Shown: one piece after another, positions 50,273 through 59,967 of the stretch
How the letters are laid out: each line of letters starts with the position of its first letter
Position numbering within the stretch: the stretch's first letter is position 1
Notes under the pieces: model-generated
The model's input: the letters and a program-made list of their open reading frames with translations, nothing else
The model's database searches: none
Told to the model about the DNA's origin: nothing
Assembly (NCBI GenBank): GCA_965214045.1
Contig: OZ243935.1
Location: forward strand, 4,354,799 to 4,418,798
Direction of reading: 5' to 3'
Source: Candidatus Poribacteria bacterium
GTDB lineage: Bacteria; Poribacteria; WGA-4E; WGA-3G
Length of the DNA: 64,000 nucleotides
Translations under genes and position numbers: made by a program

Positions 50273-50425
50273 TTTATGGGCACTTGACTGCGCTCCGCTA
50301 TGCTTACGCGCAGCAGGTTTTCGCGTAAACACAACCACAAGCCTGCAACAATACGCAGACGACCCTTGAGAAACGCAGTTGATAGTTTAGACGCACTTCG
50401 TTTCTCCGCAAGGAAAATTAAAAAT
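50273..50425 (+). repeat. mosaic interspersed repeat copy (modules E, B-degenerate, C) abutting the lactonase ATG
   Basis: TTTATGGGCACTTGACTGCGCTCC...TTACGCGCAG, AGCCTGCAACAA and TTCTCCGCAAGGAAAATTAAAAATATG are present. Confidence 0.65.
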
Positions 50426-51442
50426 ATGCAAACGCATGTCTATCTCTCCATAGCAGGAGAAAACAGAATCGCCATTTACACATTGGATGTTTCCAGCGGC
50501 GACATTGAACTTCAGGAAAACATCGGAGTCAGCGGTTCTCCCGGTCCGTTAGCACTCTCACCGTGTGGTAACTATCTCTATGCTGGACTGCGATCCAGTC
50601 GGGAAATCGCAAGTTTCCGCATTGATGAAGAGACAAAATATCTCACCCACTTGCGAACAGTGCCATTGGACGCGGATACCTGTTATATCGCAATTGACAA
50701 AACTGGTAATTTCCTACTTTCCGCCTATTACGGTGCTGGCAAGGTTACTGTGCATACTATTGGCGACGATAAGACCGTCCAAGGTGAGCCGATTCAGACC
50801 GTCGAGACCGATATACATGCACACTGCATCGAAACGGATGCCTCAAATCGGTTTGCGTTTGTGCCGCATACCGTGCCTCGAAACGCTATCTATCAGTTTC
50901 AATTCGATGAGGAAACAGGGGGCCTCACACAAAACCCCGTTGGGAATCTCAATCCGGGTGCTCCGATTGGACCCCGGCATTTCTGTTTTCATCCAAACAA
51001 ACCGATCCTCTATGCCTCAAATGAACAAGGATCGAGTGTCTCCGCATACACGCTTCAAGAAGGAGGAGAACACCCAGGAATCTTGGTGGATTTACAGGAA
51101 GATCTGTCTACACTCCCCGCAGATTTCGATGCGGATAATACCTGTGCTCAGATTCACATCGATCCACAGGGAAAATTTCTCTATGTTTCTAATCGAGGTC
51201 ACGACAGCATCGCAGCATTCGCAATAGACGCAGATAGCGGGAAACTCAGTGCTATCGGGCATCAGTTAACTGAACCTACACCGCGCGTTTTCAACATTGA
51301 CGCAACCGGCTCCCTTCTCTTTGTCGGTGGCCAGGGGTCAGGTAAACTCGCTACCTACCGCATCAATCGAGAAAGCGGAGCGTTGGCACCACTTGGCAAC
51401 TATACAGTCGGGGAAAGCCCGATGTGGGTGCTTTTTCTCTAA
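50426..51442 (+). CDS. lactonase, 7-bladed beta-propeller family (6-phosphogluconolactonase-like)
   Basis: The ATG at 50426 is directly preceded by repeat module C, which carries an AAGGAAA SD. It matches the 3-carboxymuconate cycloisomerase/Pgl-type propeller. The upstream part of the ORF from 50300 lies within the repeat element. Confidence 0.7.
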   Translation: MQTHVYLSIAGENRIAIYTLDVSSGDIELQENIGVSGSPGPLALSPCGNYLYAGLRSSREIASFRIDEETKYLTHLRTVPLDADTCYIAIDKTGNFLLSAYYGAGKVTVHTIGDDKTVQGEPIQTVETDIHAHCIETDASNRFAFVPHTVPRNAIYQFQFDEETGGLTQNPVGNLNPGAPIGPRHFCFHPNKPILYASNEQGSSVSAYTLQEGGEHPGILVDLQEDLSTLPADFDADNTCAQIHIDPQGKFLYVSNRGHDSIAAFAIDADSGKLSAIGHQLTEPTPRVFNIDATGSLLFVGGQGSGKLATYRINRESGALAPLGNYTVGESPMWVLFL

Positions 51443-51580
51443 CGTCGTTTCTCCGCAAGGAAAATTAAAAATGTGCAGATTCTTGTTTAATCGTAGCCTG
51501 TAACGAAGTGGAAGGCGGATTTAAGAAAGGTACCTCAAACATGAAACTCTCGTCATTTCTCCGCAAGGAAAAATTAAAAC
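51443..51580 (+). repeat. mosaic interspersed repeat copy (C, B-degenerate, F, C) spanning the tmk start
   Basis: Two copies of TTCTCCGCAAGGAAAA(A)TTAAAA are present, plus GGAAGGCGGATTTAAG. Confidence 0.65.
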
Positions 51581-52185
51581 GCGGAATTTTTATTACATTT
51601 GAAGGCATAGAAGGAGCAGGAAAGACGACGCAATCAGAACGTTTGGCAACCGCGCTCGGATCGGACATTGTACTCACCCGTGAACCTGGCGGCACACATA
51701 TTTCTGAACGGATACGCGACATCTTTCTGGCATCAGACAACATAACCCCGATGACAGAATTGCTTCTCATTGCCGCCGCACGCACACAACACGTAGACGA
51801 ACTGATACGCCCGGCGTTAGACGCAAACCGGACAGTCATCTGTGATAGGTTTATTGATGCCACTGTGGCTTATCAAGGCTATCGTGGCGGTATTGACCTT
51901 TCGTTTATTCACCAATTAAATTACACTGCGACTGGCGGCTTAACCCCCGATATCACCTTTATCCTCGACCTACCCCCAGAGATCGGGACATCACGCCAAC
52001 AACACGCAGAGATAGCTCGCGACCGTCTGGACAAAGAATCGTTGGCATCTCACCGAAAGGTTCGCACAGGATATCTCTCTGTCGCGAAGGCGAACCCACA
52101 TCGCATCAAACTGATAGACGCGACACAGTCGCCAGATGCTATTCACGCCAAGGTCTTAGCCGAATACGAAGACTATACATGGTAG
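51541..52185 (+). CDS. tmk: thymidylate kinase
   Basis: FITFEGIEGAGKTT is the P-loop. The only in-frame start is ATG at 51541, which makes repeat module C part of the N-terminal coding sequence. Confidence 0.8.
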   Translation: MKLSSFLRKEKLKRGIFITFEGIEGAGKTTQSERLATALGSDIVLTREPGGTHISERIRDIFLASDNITPMTELLLIAAARTQHVDELIRPALDANRTVICDRFIDATVAYQGYRGGIDLSFIHQLNYTATGGLTPDITFILDLPPEIGTSRQQHAEIARDRLDKESLASHRKVRTGYLSVAKANPHRIKLIDATQSPDAIHAKVLAEYEDYTW

Positions 52186-52296
52186 GTGAGGTCTACGAAT
52201 TGCGATTGTTAATATCGTTGAAATTAAAGGTGTCTGCCTGTCAGTGTGTAGGAGCGATCTCTAAGTCACGATGGCTTCTCTCGTCTTGGAGGAAAA

Positions 52297-53259
52297 GTGC
52301 AGAACTCAATCATTGGACATCAACAGATTATTGAGCAACTCCAGCGCACCGTCGCATCGGGACGTATTGCTGGAGCATATCTTTTCGTCGGAGCAGCAGG
52401 CGTCGGAAAGGAAACGGTCGCTCGCTACTTTGCACAATTAATCATTTGTCAACAAGAGGCACAACCTCCGATAGTTTGTGGAACATGTCTTGCCTGTCGA
52501 AAGGTAGATTCGGGAAACCATCCTGACCTACAGTTCATTCGACCTGAAGGCAGTCTACTGAAAATCGGGCAAATTCGAGAGTTGCAAAGACAAGTTATCT
52601 ATGAGCCTCTTGAAGCGAGTCGAAAACTTTACATTTTGACAGATGTAGACCGGATGAATATAGAAGCCGAGAACTGCTTACTTAAGACGCTGGAGGAACC
52701 TCCCGCGGCATCCGTTTTAATTTTACTCACGTCAAACGCCCAAGCACTGCTCCCTACGACGCGTTCCCGATGCCAAATTCTCCAGTTTCATCCGATGCCG
52801 ACGCAGGAATTAGCCGCAATTTTAGTAGAGAGGTACTCAGTGGCACCAGAGCAAGCAACAGCACTCGCAATTGCATCAGGAGGTTCAGTCGGCACAGCAC
52901 TTACGCAACTTGAAAAAGGTGATTCCTTCGCAGAGAAAGTACCGGAAATCTTGAGAGAAACGGATCGATTAGCCGCTTTCAGACTCGCCGAAGACTTTAA
53001 AAACAACCCTGAAACCATAGGCGAATTAGTCACATGGTACCGAGATTTACTCTTTCTACAACAAGGCGCGCCCAACGAATTAATAACGCACATTTACTCT
53101 CTTGAGGAGCTCCGCGCCATCGTTCCGTACTATTCTCACTTACGCATACAGCAAGCCATCCAAACCGTCTTTGACACCAAATCCCTCCTTGAAAATACAA
53201 ACACGAACGCTACTTTAGCTTTAGAGGTAATGTGTTTAAAATTACTCAAAACATCTTAA
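52297..53259 (+). CDS. holB: DNA polymerase III subunit delta'
   Basis: GAAGVGKETVA is a degenerate Walker A. The zinc module CGTCLACRKVDSGNHPD is present. It follows tmk as in many genomes. Confidence 0.8.
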   Translation: MQNSIIGHQQIIEQLQRTVASGRIAGAYLFVGAAGVGKETVARYFAQLIICQQEAQPPIVCGTCLACRKVDSGNHPDLQFIRPEGSLLKIGQIRELQRQVIYEPLEASRKLYILTDVDRMNIEAENCLLKTLEEPPAASVLILLTSNAQALLPTTRSRCQILQFHPMPTQELAAILVERYSVAPEQATALAIASGGSVGTALTQLEKGDSFAEKVPEILRETDRLAAFRLAEDFKNNPETIGELVTWYRDLLFLQQGAPNELITHIYSLEELRAIVPYYSHLRIQQAIQTVFDTKSLLENTNTNATLALEVMCLKLLKTS

Positions 53260-53420
53260 GGGAACAAGTTTGTATGCGTGTGATCCATCGCCCCTTAGAT
53301 CACCGACAATTAGGTAACCCAGCGTTAAGTTTTCAATTCCGTTGCCAATATTCAGACACTATTAGCTCCTCACCAATGTATGACGTTTGAATCTCGTAAA
53401 GAATAACGGAGAAAGACAAA

Positions 53421-53449
53421 TTGACAGGTAGGTTTTCTCGTGGTATAAT
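53421..53449 (+). promoter_or_regulatory. sigma70 consensus promoter (TTGACA–17 bp–TGgTATAAT, extended -10) for metG
   Basis: Read from the sequence. Confidence 0.55.
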
Positions 53450-53500
53450 TTTTAAAAATTAACTAATGAACCCTAAATTAGAGCCTTAAAAGGAAATACA

Positions 53501-55396
53501 ATGAGCGCATTTTATATCACCACACCCATCTACTACGTCAACGATGAACCGCATGCGGGACACGGTTATAGTACCATTGTCGCAGATACTTTGGCGCGCT
53601 ATCACCGACTCAAAGGCGATGAGGTGTTCTTTTTGACCGGTGTTGATGAGCACGGCGCAAAGATACATAAAGCCGCTGAAAACGCAGGGCTTACCCCGCA
53701 AGATTATTGCGATAAAATAGCACCTACATTTATCAAATTTTGGAAACGGTTGAATATCTCACACGACATCTTCATGCGCACGACAAGCGATATGCACAAG
53801 CGCGGCGCGGAGAAATTTCTCACCGCCCTCTACGATAATGGAGATGTCTACAAAGGGACTTATGAAGGATACTATTGCCTCCCCTGCGAGCGGTTTGTTC
53901 CTGAAAAAGAATTGACAGACGAAAAGACCTGCCCTATTCATAAATTGCCCTTAGAATGGCTCGAAGAGGAGAACTATTTCTTCAGGCTTTCTAAGTATCA
54001 AGACCGTCTACTCGCGCATTTCCACGAGAATCCAGACTTTGCCTACCCTGCCGCTCGGCGCAATGAGCTCCTGAGCGTCCTCAACTCTGGATTGGAAGAC
54101 ATAAGTATCTCTCGTTCCTCCGTCTCGTGGGGAATTTCTTTGCCGTTCGATCCTGAGCATATCGTCTACGTCTGGATCGAGGCATTAATGAATTATATGA
54201 CAGCACTCGGTTATGAAACCGATAGTGAGCAGTATCACACTTTCTGGCCAGCGGATGTCCACATGATGGGGAAGGACATCACCCGCTTCCATGCGCTGAT
54301 CTGGCCCGCAATGCTGATGGCTGTAGACCTGCCACTTCCGAAGCAGATTATCGCACACGGTTTTTTGACAAAAGATGGCGAAGCGTTGAGTAAAACGCGC
54401 GGTATTTTCGTTGATCTGGATGCAGATATCGCGAAATACGGATTGGATGCGTTCCGTTATTATCTCCTGCGTGAATTTAGCTTCGGAAACGACGGCGATT
54501 ACCGTCCCGCCCGTTTGCACGCCCGCTACAATGCTGATCTCGCGAACGATCTCGGTAATCTGCTCAATCGTGTTCTCGGTTTAGTGAATAAGAACTTTGA
54601 TAGGATTCCCGGACCCACAACTCCCGGTGAATTTGATGATGAAATCACGGCGATGGCGCAGACGACAGTGGATACATTAGACGAAGACATAAAAGCGTTT
54701 GCCTTTGACGCGGCATTGGAAACCATCTGGGAATTTGTCAGACGTATCAATCGGTACGTCCAACAAACGCAGGTCTGGACGCTCGCGAAGCCTGAGACGA
54801 AACCGAGAATGGGGACGATCCTCTACAATAGTTTAGAGGCACTGCGGTTCATTTCTGTCCTGATCTCACCGTTCATTCCGGACACGGCTGAGAAGATTCA
54901 GAAGCAGATCGGTTTAGCGGAATTTGATACCGTCGCAGAATGGGGACGTTTACCTGTAGGACTGACAGTCAGTAGGGGCGAACCCATTTTCCCGCGTGTC
55001 GAGGTCAAGAAACAGAAACAACCGCAACCCAAAGAAGCAACGCAACCCAAGCAGAAGAAGGGAAAGGAAACATCGAGCCTTATCCCCTTTGCCGACTTCC
55101 AAAAATTGGATCTGCGGGTGGCGCGTATCCTCAGTGCTGAACCGATTGAAGGGGCTGACCGACTTCTCAAGCTGCAGGTTGACCTCGGTACTGAAAAACG
55201 ACAATTGGTCGCTGGAATTGCCGAACACTATAAACCCGATGCACTGGTGGGTAAACAGATAATAGTCGTCGCGAATTTAGAACCCGCAACAATCCGTGGC
55301 GTCGAATCACACGGTATGGTTCTCGCGGGAAGCGGTGACGCCGTAGTTTTGGCAACTCTTGAAACAGAAATGCCCCTCGGCACACAGGTAAGGTAG
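53501..55396 (+). CDS. metG: methionine--tRNA ligase (with C-terminal EMAP/tRNA-binding domain)
   Basis: The HIGH region is PHAGHGYS and the KMSKS region is ALSKTRG. The C-terminal tRNA-binding domain is present. Confidence 0.9.
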   Translation: MSAFYITTPIYYVNDEPHAGHGYSTIVADTLARYHRLKGDEVFFLTGVDEHGAKIHKAAENAGLTPQDYCDKIAPTFIKFWKRLNISHDIFMRTTSDMHKRGAEKFLTALYDNGDVYKGTYEGYYCLPCERFVPEKELTDEKTCPIHKLPLEWLEEENYFFRLSKYQDRLLAHFHENPDFAYPAARRNELLSVLNSGLEDISISRSSVSWGISLPFDPEHIVYVWIEALMNYMTALGYETDSEQYHTFWPADVHMMGKDITRFHALIWPAMLMAVDLPLPKQIIAHGFLTKDGEALSKTRGIFVDLDADIAKYGLDAFRYYLLREFSFGNDGDYRPARLHARYNADLANDLGNLLNRVLGLVNKNFDRIPGPTTPGEFDDEITAMAQTTVDTLDEDIKAFAFDAALETIWEFVRRINRYVQQTQVWTLAKPETKPRMGTILYNSLEALRFISVLISPFIPDTAEKIQKQIGLAEFDTVAEWGRLPVGLTVSRGEPIFPRVEVKKQKQPQPKEATQPKQKKGKETSSLIPFADFQKLDLRVARILSAEPIEGADRLLKLQVDLGTEKRQLVAGIAEHYKPDALVGKQIIVVANLEPATIRGVESHGMVLAGSGDAVVLATLETEMPLGTQVR

Positions 55397-55457
55397 AAAT
55401 CACAATGGAAGGGGTTTTTGGAGAAACACCCAAGCAAAACACCCCGATGCGAAACAA
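55397..55457 (+). repeat. mosaic interspersed repeat copy (complete module A hairpin GGGGTTTTTG...CAAAACACCCC)
   Basis: It shares GAAACACCCAAGCAAAA with 10478-10500, and in reverse complement with 58470-58500. Confidence 0.55.
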
Positions 55458-58421
55458 ATGCACGATATTGAAAATATTCTTAGAACCCGCATTCAGAACG
55501 ATGAAGCAAACACCTTCGTCATTATTGTACCGACCGATTCTGCGCGTCTGAAGCGTCAGCGCGAATTGGTCGGTTATCATCCGAACCGCGCAGTTGCCAA
55601 TCTACGGGTCTATACACTCGGAAGTCTCATTCAAAGGCTATATAACCAAGTCCGCCCGGCAAAATCACACATTTCCCAAGGAGTCCAAAACCTTTGGCTG
55701 CATGAAATAGCGGACCCACAGTCGGACGATAGCAATGCCTACCGTTATGACGCCTTTCGACCCAGCCAACACATTTCCGTTCCCGATAGTACACTCTCCC
55801 TCATCGTAGATACAATTAACCAGCTTAGAGAACGTGGTGAGACTGCGCGAAACATTGTGGCGGATAATCCAACTAAGGTTGACCTCGTTCACATTTATGA
55901 AAATTATGAGGCGAAACTCGCGGATCGCTGGATAGATGAGCAAGGTAAACATCTGCACCTTGCTAACAATTTTGATCCCAATTTCGTGAAAAATGCATTC
56001 CGTCAGACTGACCTCGTTATTGTTGAAGGGTTCACTGTACTTTCCAACGCCGACATCAAAATTCTGACAAGCATTGCCCGGACACCTAATATCGAGATGT
56101 GGTTCCGTACCGACTATGTTGAAGGAAATGAAGACCTTTACAGAAATATTGCTGACCTCGTTAGACAACTTAAAGCGGCAGGTGTAAACATTGATGCCGA
56201 CTATGAACGCACATCCGACCTACATCAACATTTCGCCAACAACCTGTTCCGTGCGGATGCGCGGGACGTAACTTCAGGGCACAATTCTGATAAGAAACCT
56301 CGGATTAAGGTATTGAAGCCAGCCGACCGGTCCCAAGAGGTTGAGCAAATTGCGCATCTGATCCAAAAGCATGTCTCGAAAGGTCACTGCAAACTGAGTG
56401 ACATCTGTGTTGCCTATTATAACATAGGTCAATATCAACAGCGCATCGCCGAAATTTTTCCTACTTACGACATTCCATATTCGCTTGTAGAAACTGTCCC
56501 GCTGACAAAATCAGAGGTTGTCAAAGCGATTTTTTCTCGTCTTTCATCCCGCCAAGTCCCGTTAGACGGTGCCTATTTCTCTGAAGTCGATCCTGCTCCG
56601 CATACACGTATGTTTCACCCTGACGCGTTTCAGAAATATGTTGATGACATACTCAAAAAGGGTGGAGTCATCCAGCACATTCTAAACCCTATGCTCGGAG
56701 AAAACCGCGAGATTATCGAAGGTGAGATCGAGGCGTATCGCCAATTCAAGAGGATTGTTAAAGAACTCTGTAGCGTTTTAAAATTGGATGGGGTTGAATC
56801 ATGTTCCCTTGATGATTATATTAAGAAACTACGTCACATTGCAAAGCATACAAACTATCAAAACAGAGCAGCGACAAAAGCGGAAGTTGTCAGAATCGTT
56901 CAACTTGGTGAACTCAGAAGTCTGGAGTTTGATGTCGTCTTTTTAGGTGACTTTGTAGAGGGAAAGTTTCCAGCCACTTATCAACCAGATCCACTACTCC
57001 CTGAAATTCCGTATCGCGATGAAGAAGAGCAACTGCACGATAATCGGTTCATGTTCTATCGAGTCCTTAAGTCTTTTCGCAAACGGCTCTATCTGCTTGT
57101 CCCGAAACGTGAACGTGAAGCAGATTTGATTCCATCTCCGTTCCTCGCGGAATTAAATAAAGTTGCCAACGTGGTATCAATGAACATCAGAGCCCCCTCG
57201 CGGGGTAGTATCTCTGGTTTCCTCAGCAGGTACGGTGATTATATATGGACAACCCCTACTCCCTCCAATGAGGCATTCCCTGCTGAAATCTCAGAGATGC
57301 GTCCGCTAATAAGCCATATCGTTGAAGTTGAAAAAAGCCGCGAAAAGACACATTGTCATTTGGCTTATGAAGGACTGTTAACGGAAGGGAAGCTTTCCGT
57401 TAAAAGCCGAGAACGTTTGAAAAGTCGCCAAGAACACACTTATTCCGTTACAGACTTGGAAACCTACGCTAGATGTCCATTCCAGTATTTTATATCTAAA
57501 ATTTTAGGTCTTGATGCTAAAGATGAGGAGGAGACTGAAGGGTTATCCAGCCTTGAAAAAGGCGTGTTGGTTCATGAGATTCTCTTTAAGTTCTATGAAA
57601 ATCGTCGAGAACAACCCGCTATTAGTCAGTGTGATGAAGCGAATTTTGAAGCAGCAAAACAGCAGTTATCTGATGTTATAGATGAAATGATAGGTAATGT
57701 AGCCTCGGAAGATCTGTTTCGGGAAGTAGATAAAACAATATTAAGAGTTACGTTAAACCAGTGGCTTGAAGCAGAGCAGAAATACAATGTAACCACTATC
57801 CCACGCTATTTTGAAGTCAACGTTGGTCGTAGGCAGGGGGTGACCGATTCAGTCCTCAGTGATCCTGAACCTATCCACATCAGTAACGTCCGCCTCAATG
57901 CAAAGATTGATCGCATTGATGTAGCCAGCGACGTTTTTAATGTTATTGACTATAAGACCGGAAGTTCAACCTTCGGAATAAAGGATATTCTTGAAGGACG
58001 AGCACTCCAACTACCAATCTATCTTGAAATTGCGAGGCAACTGCTCGGGACCAGATACGAACCGATGGCAGGTATGTATAACAAAGTCAGATTGAACGAT
58101 TGCAGAATTGGACTCGGGATTGGAAGGGAATCTGGTAGAAATCAAACATACGTTCTGAAACGAAAAACGCAGCAAATGTTGTCCGACGAAACCTTTGATA
58201 ACGTGATCGCCCGCGTCAGTGGCTACGTCCAGCAGTACGTTGATGGTATATCTAACGGGACCTTTCCCCTCATCACACGCGTTGAGACATTTGTAGATTC
58301 TGAAGAAGAAGGCGATACGCCAATCACCCCCAAAAATAAGACTGCCCCCTGTAATTACTGTAGTTATAAGCGTGTCTGCCGTGTCGGGGCAATCTCTGAA
58401 ACACCTCAGTCGGATGACTAA
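55458..58421 (+). CDS. AddB/RexB-like helicase-nuclease subunit (inactive UvrD-like N-domain + PD-(D/E)XK nuclease with Cys4 cluster)
   Basis: The C-terminal nuclease motifs are YSVTDLETYARCPFQYF, VHEILFKFY and IDRIDV...VIDYKTG. The terminal CNYCSYKRVC gives a 1+3 Cys pattern as in AddB and Cas4. No Walker A is present in the N-domain. Confidence 0.65.
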   Translation: MHDIENILRTRIQNDEANTFVIIVPTDSARLKRQRELVGYHPNRAVANLRVYTLGSLIQRLYNQVRPAKSHISQGVQNLWLHEIADPQSDDSNAYRYDAFRPSQHISVPDSTLSLIVDTINQLRERGETARNIVADNPTKVDLVHIYENYEAKLADRWIDEQGKHLHLANNFDPNFVKNAFRQTDLVIVEGFTVLSNADIKILTSIARTPNIEMWFRTDYVEGNEDLYRNIADLVRQLKAAGVNIDADYERTSDLHQHFANNLFRADARDVTSGHNSDKKPRIKVLKPADRSQEVEQIAHLIQKHVSKGHCKLSDICVAYYNIGQYQQRIAEIFPTYDIPYSLVETVPLTKSEVVKAIFSRLSSRQVPLDGAYFSEVDPAPHTRMFHPDAFQKYVDDILKKGGVIQHILNPMLGENREIIEGEIEAYRQFKRIVKELCSVLKLDGVESCSLDDYIKKLRHIAKHTNYQNRAATKAEVVRIVQLGELRSLEFDVVFLGDFVEGKFPATYQPDPLLPEIPYRDEEEQLHDNRFMFYRVLKSFRKRLYLLVPKREREADLIPSPFLAELNKVANVVSMNIRAPSRGSISGFLSRYGDYIWTTPTPSNEAFPAEISEMRPLISHIVEVEKSREKTHCHLAYEGLLTEGKLSVKSRERLKSRQEHTYSVTDLETYARCPFQYFISKILGLDAKDEEETEGLSSLEKGVLVHEILFKFYENRREQPAISQCDEANFEAAKQQLSDVIDEMIGNVASEDLFREVDKTILRVTLNQWLEAEQKYNVTTIPRYFEVNVGRRQGVTDSVLSDPEPIHISNVRLNAKIDRIDVASDVFNVIDYKTGSSTFGIKDILEGRALQLPIYLEIARQLLGTRYEPMAGMYNKVRLNDCRIGLGIGRESGRNQTYVLKRKTQQMLSDETFDNVIARVSGYVQQYVDGISNGTFPLITRVETFVDSEEEGDTPITPKNKTAPCNYCSYKRVCRVGAISETPQSDD

Positions 58422-58584
58422 CATTCCGCTTTTCGTTTCCACTATTCAAACGAAAACAGTAAGCCCGTAACGGAGTGGAGGGGTTTTTGCTTGGGTATTT
58501 CTCCAACTCTACGGAAAGGCACATAAAACTTCTAACCCATCTCACCGATCCGCAAGGTATCATTAAAAAACCTTTCAGAAAAAA
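58422..58584 (+). repeat. mosaic interspersed repeat copy (module A inverted + module C variant) upstream of the sodA promoter
   Basis: GGAGGGGTTTTTGCTTGGGTATTTCTCC and ATCCGCAAGGTATCATTAAAAAACC are present. Confidence 0.55.
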
Positions 58585-58613
58585 CTTGCACACTTCTACC
58601 AAATCTGTTATAC
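58585..58613 (+). promoter_or_regulatory. sigma70-type promoter (TTGCAC–17 bp–TATACT) for sodA
   Basis: Read from the sequence. Confidence 0.45.
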
Positions 58614-58708
58614 TCTTTTTGATTTTTAAAGTACACTGCTTGCACGCCCCTTGGCGCGCAGACTCGCAAGCGCAAGTGAAAAAATAAATTAGGAGGCTAT
58701 TTTTAAAA

Positions 58709-59314
58709 ATGGCACATACATTACCAGCATTGCCTTATGCACATGATGCTTTGGAACCCCATATTGATAAAGAAACGATGGAAATCCATCACGGCAAACA
58801 CCATCAAGGTTATGTTACGAATCTCAACGCTGCCTTAGAGGGACTCGGTGACCTCGCCGATATGGATATTCACGAGTTGCTCAGTAACCTCGATCAGGTA
58901 CCGGAAGACAAACGTCAAGCCGTCATCAACAACGGGGGTGGACACGCCAATCATTCCCTCTTCTGGTCGATTATGAGTCCCAATGGCGGCGAAATCGGCG
59001 GCGAGATTGAAGCGGCAATAAACGCCACTTTCGGATCGCTTGAAGCAGCCGGAAAAGAATTCGCAACAGCTGCAACAACCCGGTTCGGATCCGGTTGGGC
59101 ATGGCTTGTCCTCGGCGACAACGGCTTAGAAATCTACTCCACGGCGAATCAGGACAGTCCGATTATGCAGGGACATATCCCGCTTCTCGGTCTTGATGTC
59201 TGGGAACACGCCTATTATCTGAATTACCAAAACCGTCGTCCAGATTACGTTGAAGCGTGGGTGAACGTTATCAACTGGAATCGGGTCAATGAACTCTATA
59301 TAGCGAACGCCTAA
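58709..59314 (+). CDS. sodA: Fe/Mn superoxide dismutase
   Basis: The N-terminus [28 protein letters not shown] and the DVWEHAYY motif are present. Confidence 0.9.
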   Translation: MAHTLPALPYAHDALEPHIDKETMEIHHGKHHQGYVTNLNAALEGLGDLADMDIHELLSNLDQVPEDKRQAVINNGGGHANHSLFWSIMSPNGGEIGGEIEAAINATFGSLEAAGKEFATAATTRFGSGWAWLVLGDNGLEIYSTANQDSPIMQGHIPLLGLDVWEHAYYLNYQNRRPDYVEAWVNVINWNRVNELYIANA

Positions 59315-59350
59315 CTGTCCGTAACACGTTTTAAATAAGAGTATCAGGTT

Positions 59351-59397
59351 GGAAACCAGCATTACGAGCATAGTCGCAAGGCTATGTGCTGGTTTCC
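59351..59397 (+). terminator. long hairpin downstream of sodA (GGAAACCAGCA...TGCTGGTTTCC), possible terminator
   Basis: An 11-bp stem is read from the sequence. A weak T-tract follows. Confidence 0.3.
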
Positions 59398-59537
59398 TCC
59401 CACTCGTAACTGAAACGAGAAACTTATCGGTAGACCGATAGGCTTGGGTACATTGACACCTACCCTCTACTTCCTGTAACAACAAGCATGTTTTGTCGTA
59501 ACTGTAGGTGCAAGAGAACACAGTTCAATTAAATTTC

Positions 59538-59566
59538 TTGACATTTCTGTTCAAATGTGTTATACT
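59538..59566 (+). promoter_or_regulatory. sigma70 consensus promoter (TTGACA–17 bp–TATACT) heading the ilvB leader
   Basis: Read from the sequence. Confidence 0.5.
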
Positions 59567-59572
59567 TAAAGC

Positions 59573-59967
59573 GTAATATATAGTTCTTTTTAGCATGCCT
59601 GTGAAACTTCGTAAAACGGTGTGCGTAATTAACAATTAAATAGATTACCCCAAAAAGCGTTGAAGGGGAGGAGTAAGTCGTCCGGGCTTGCGAGAGAAGG
59701 AGATTCATAGGCTGAAAGGTCTCCTCAAGTTCCTACGACCCAAGGTCGCCCTGGAGTTGCTAATCTGAACAGTCCGTAGGACATCAGTAAGATTAGTCGG
59801 TGTGATGTCCGTTAACGCATCCCAAAGAGTGCCTTTTCTCGTTGGTAAGGTTTTATAGTCTGATGCCTTAAATAAAAATGAGAAAGGGAATTGGAGTGGT
59901 ACCACGGTAAGGCAAGTGTAAATGTCCTTCTCGTCTCCATGTTCGGAACGAGAAGGTTTTTTCTTTT
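59573..59967 (+). promoter_or_regulatory. putative T-box riboswitch leader (tRNA-sensing antitermination) ending in an intrinsic terminator
   Basis: At 59889-59907, AATTGGAGTGGTACCACGG matches the T-box consensus AAUUAGGGUGGUACCGCGG at 16 of 19 positions, including the UGGN-ACC core. It is immediately followed by the terminator hairpin CCTTCTCGT/ACGAGAAGG at 59926-59956 and then TTTTTTCTTTT. About 310 nt of structured leader lie upstream, with AGAGA and several stems. Confidence 0.5.
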
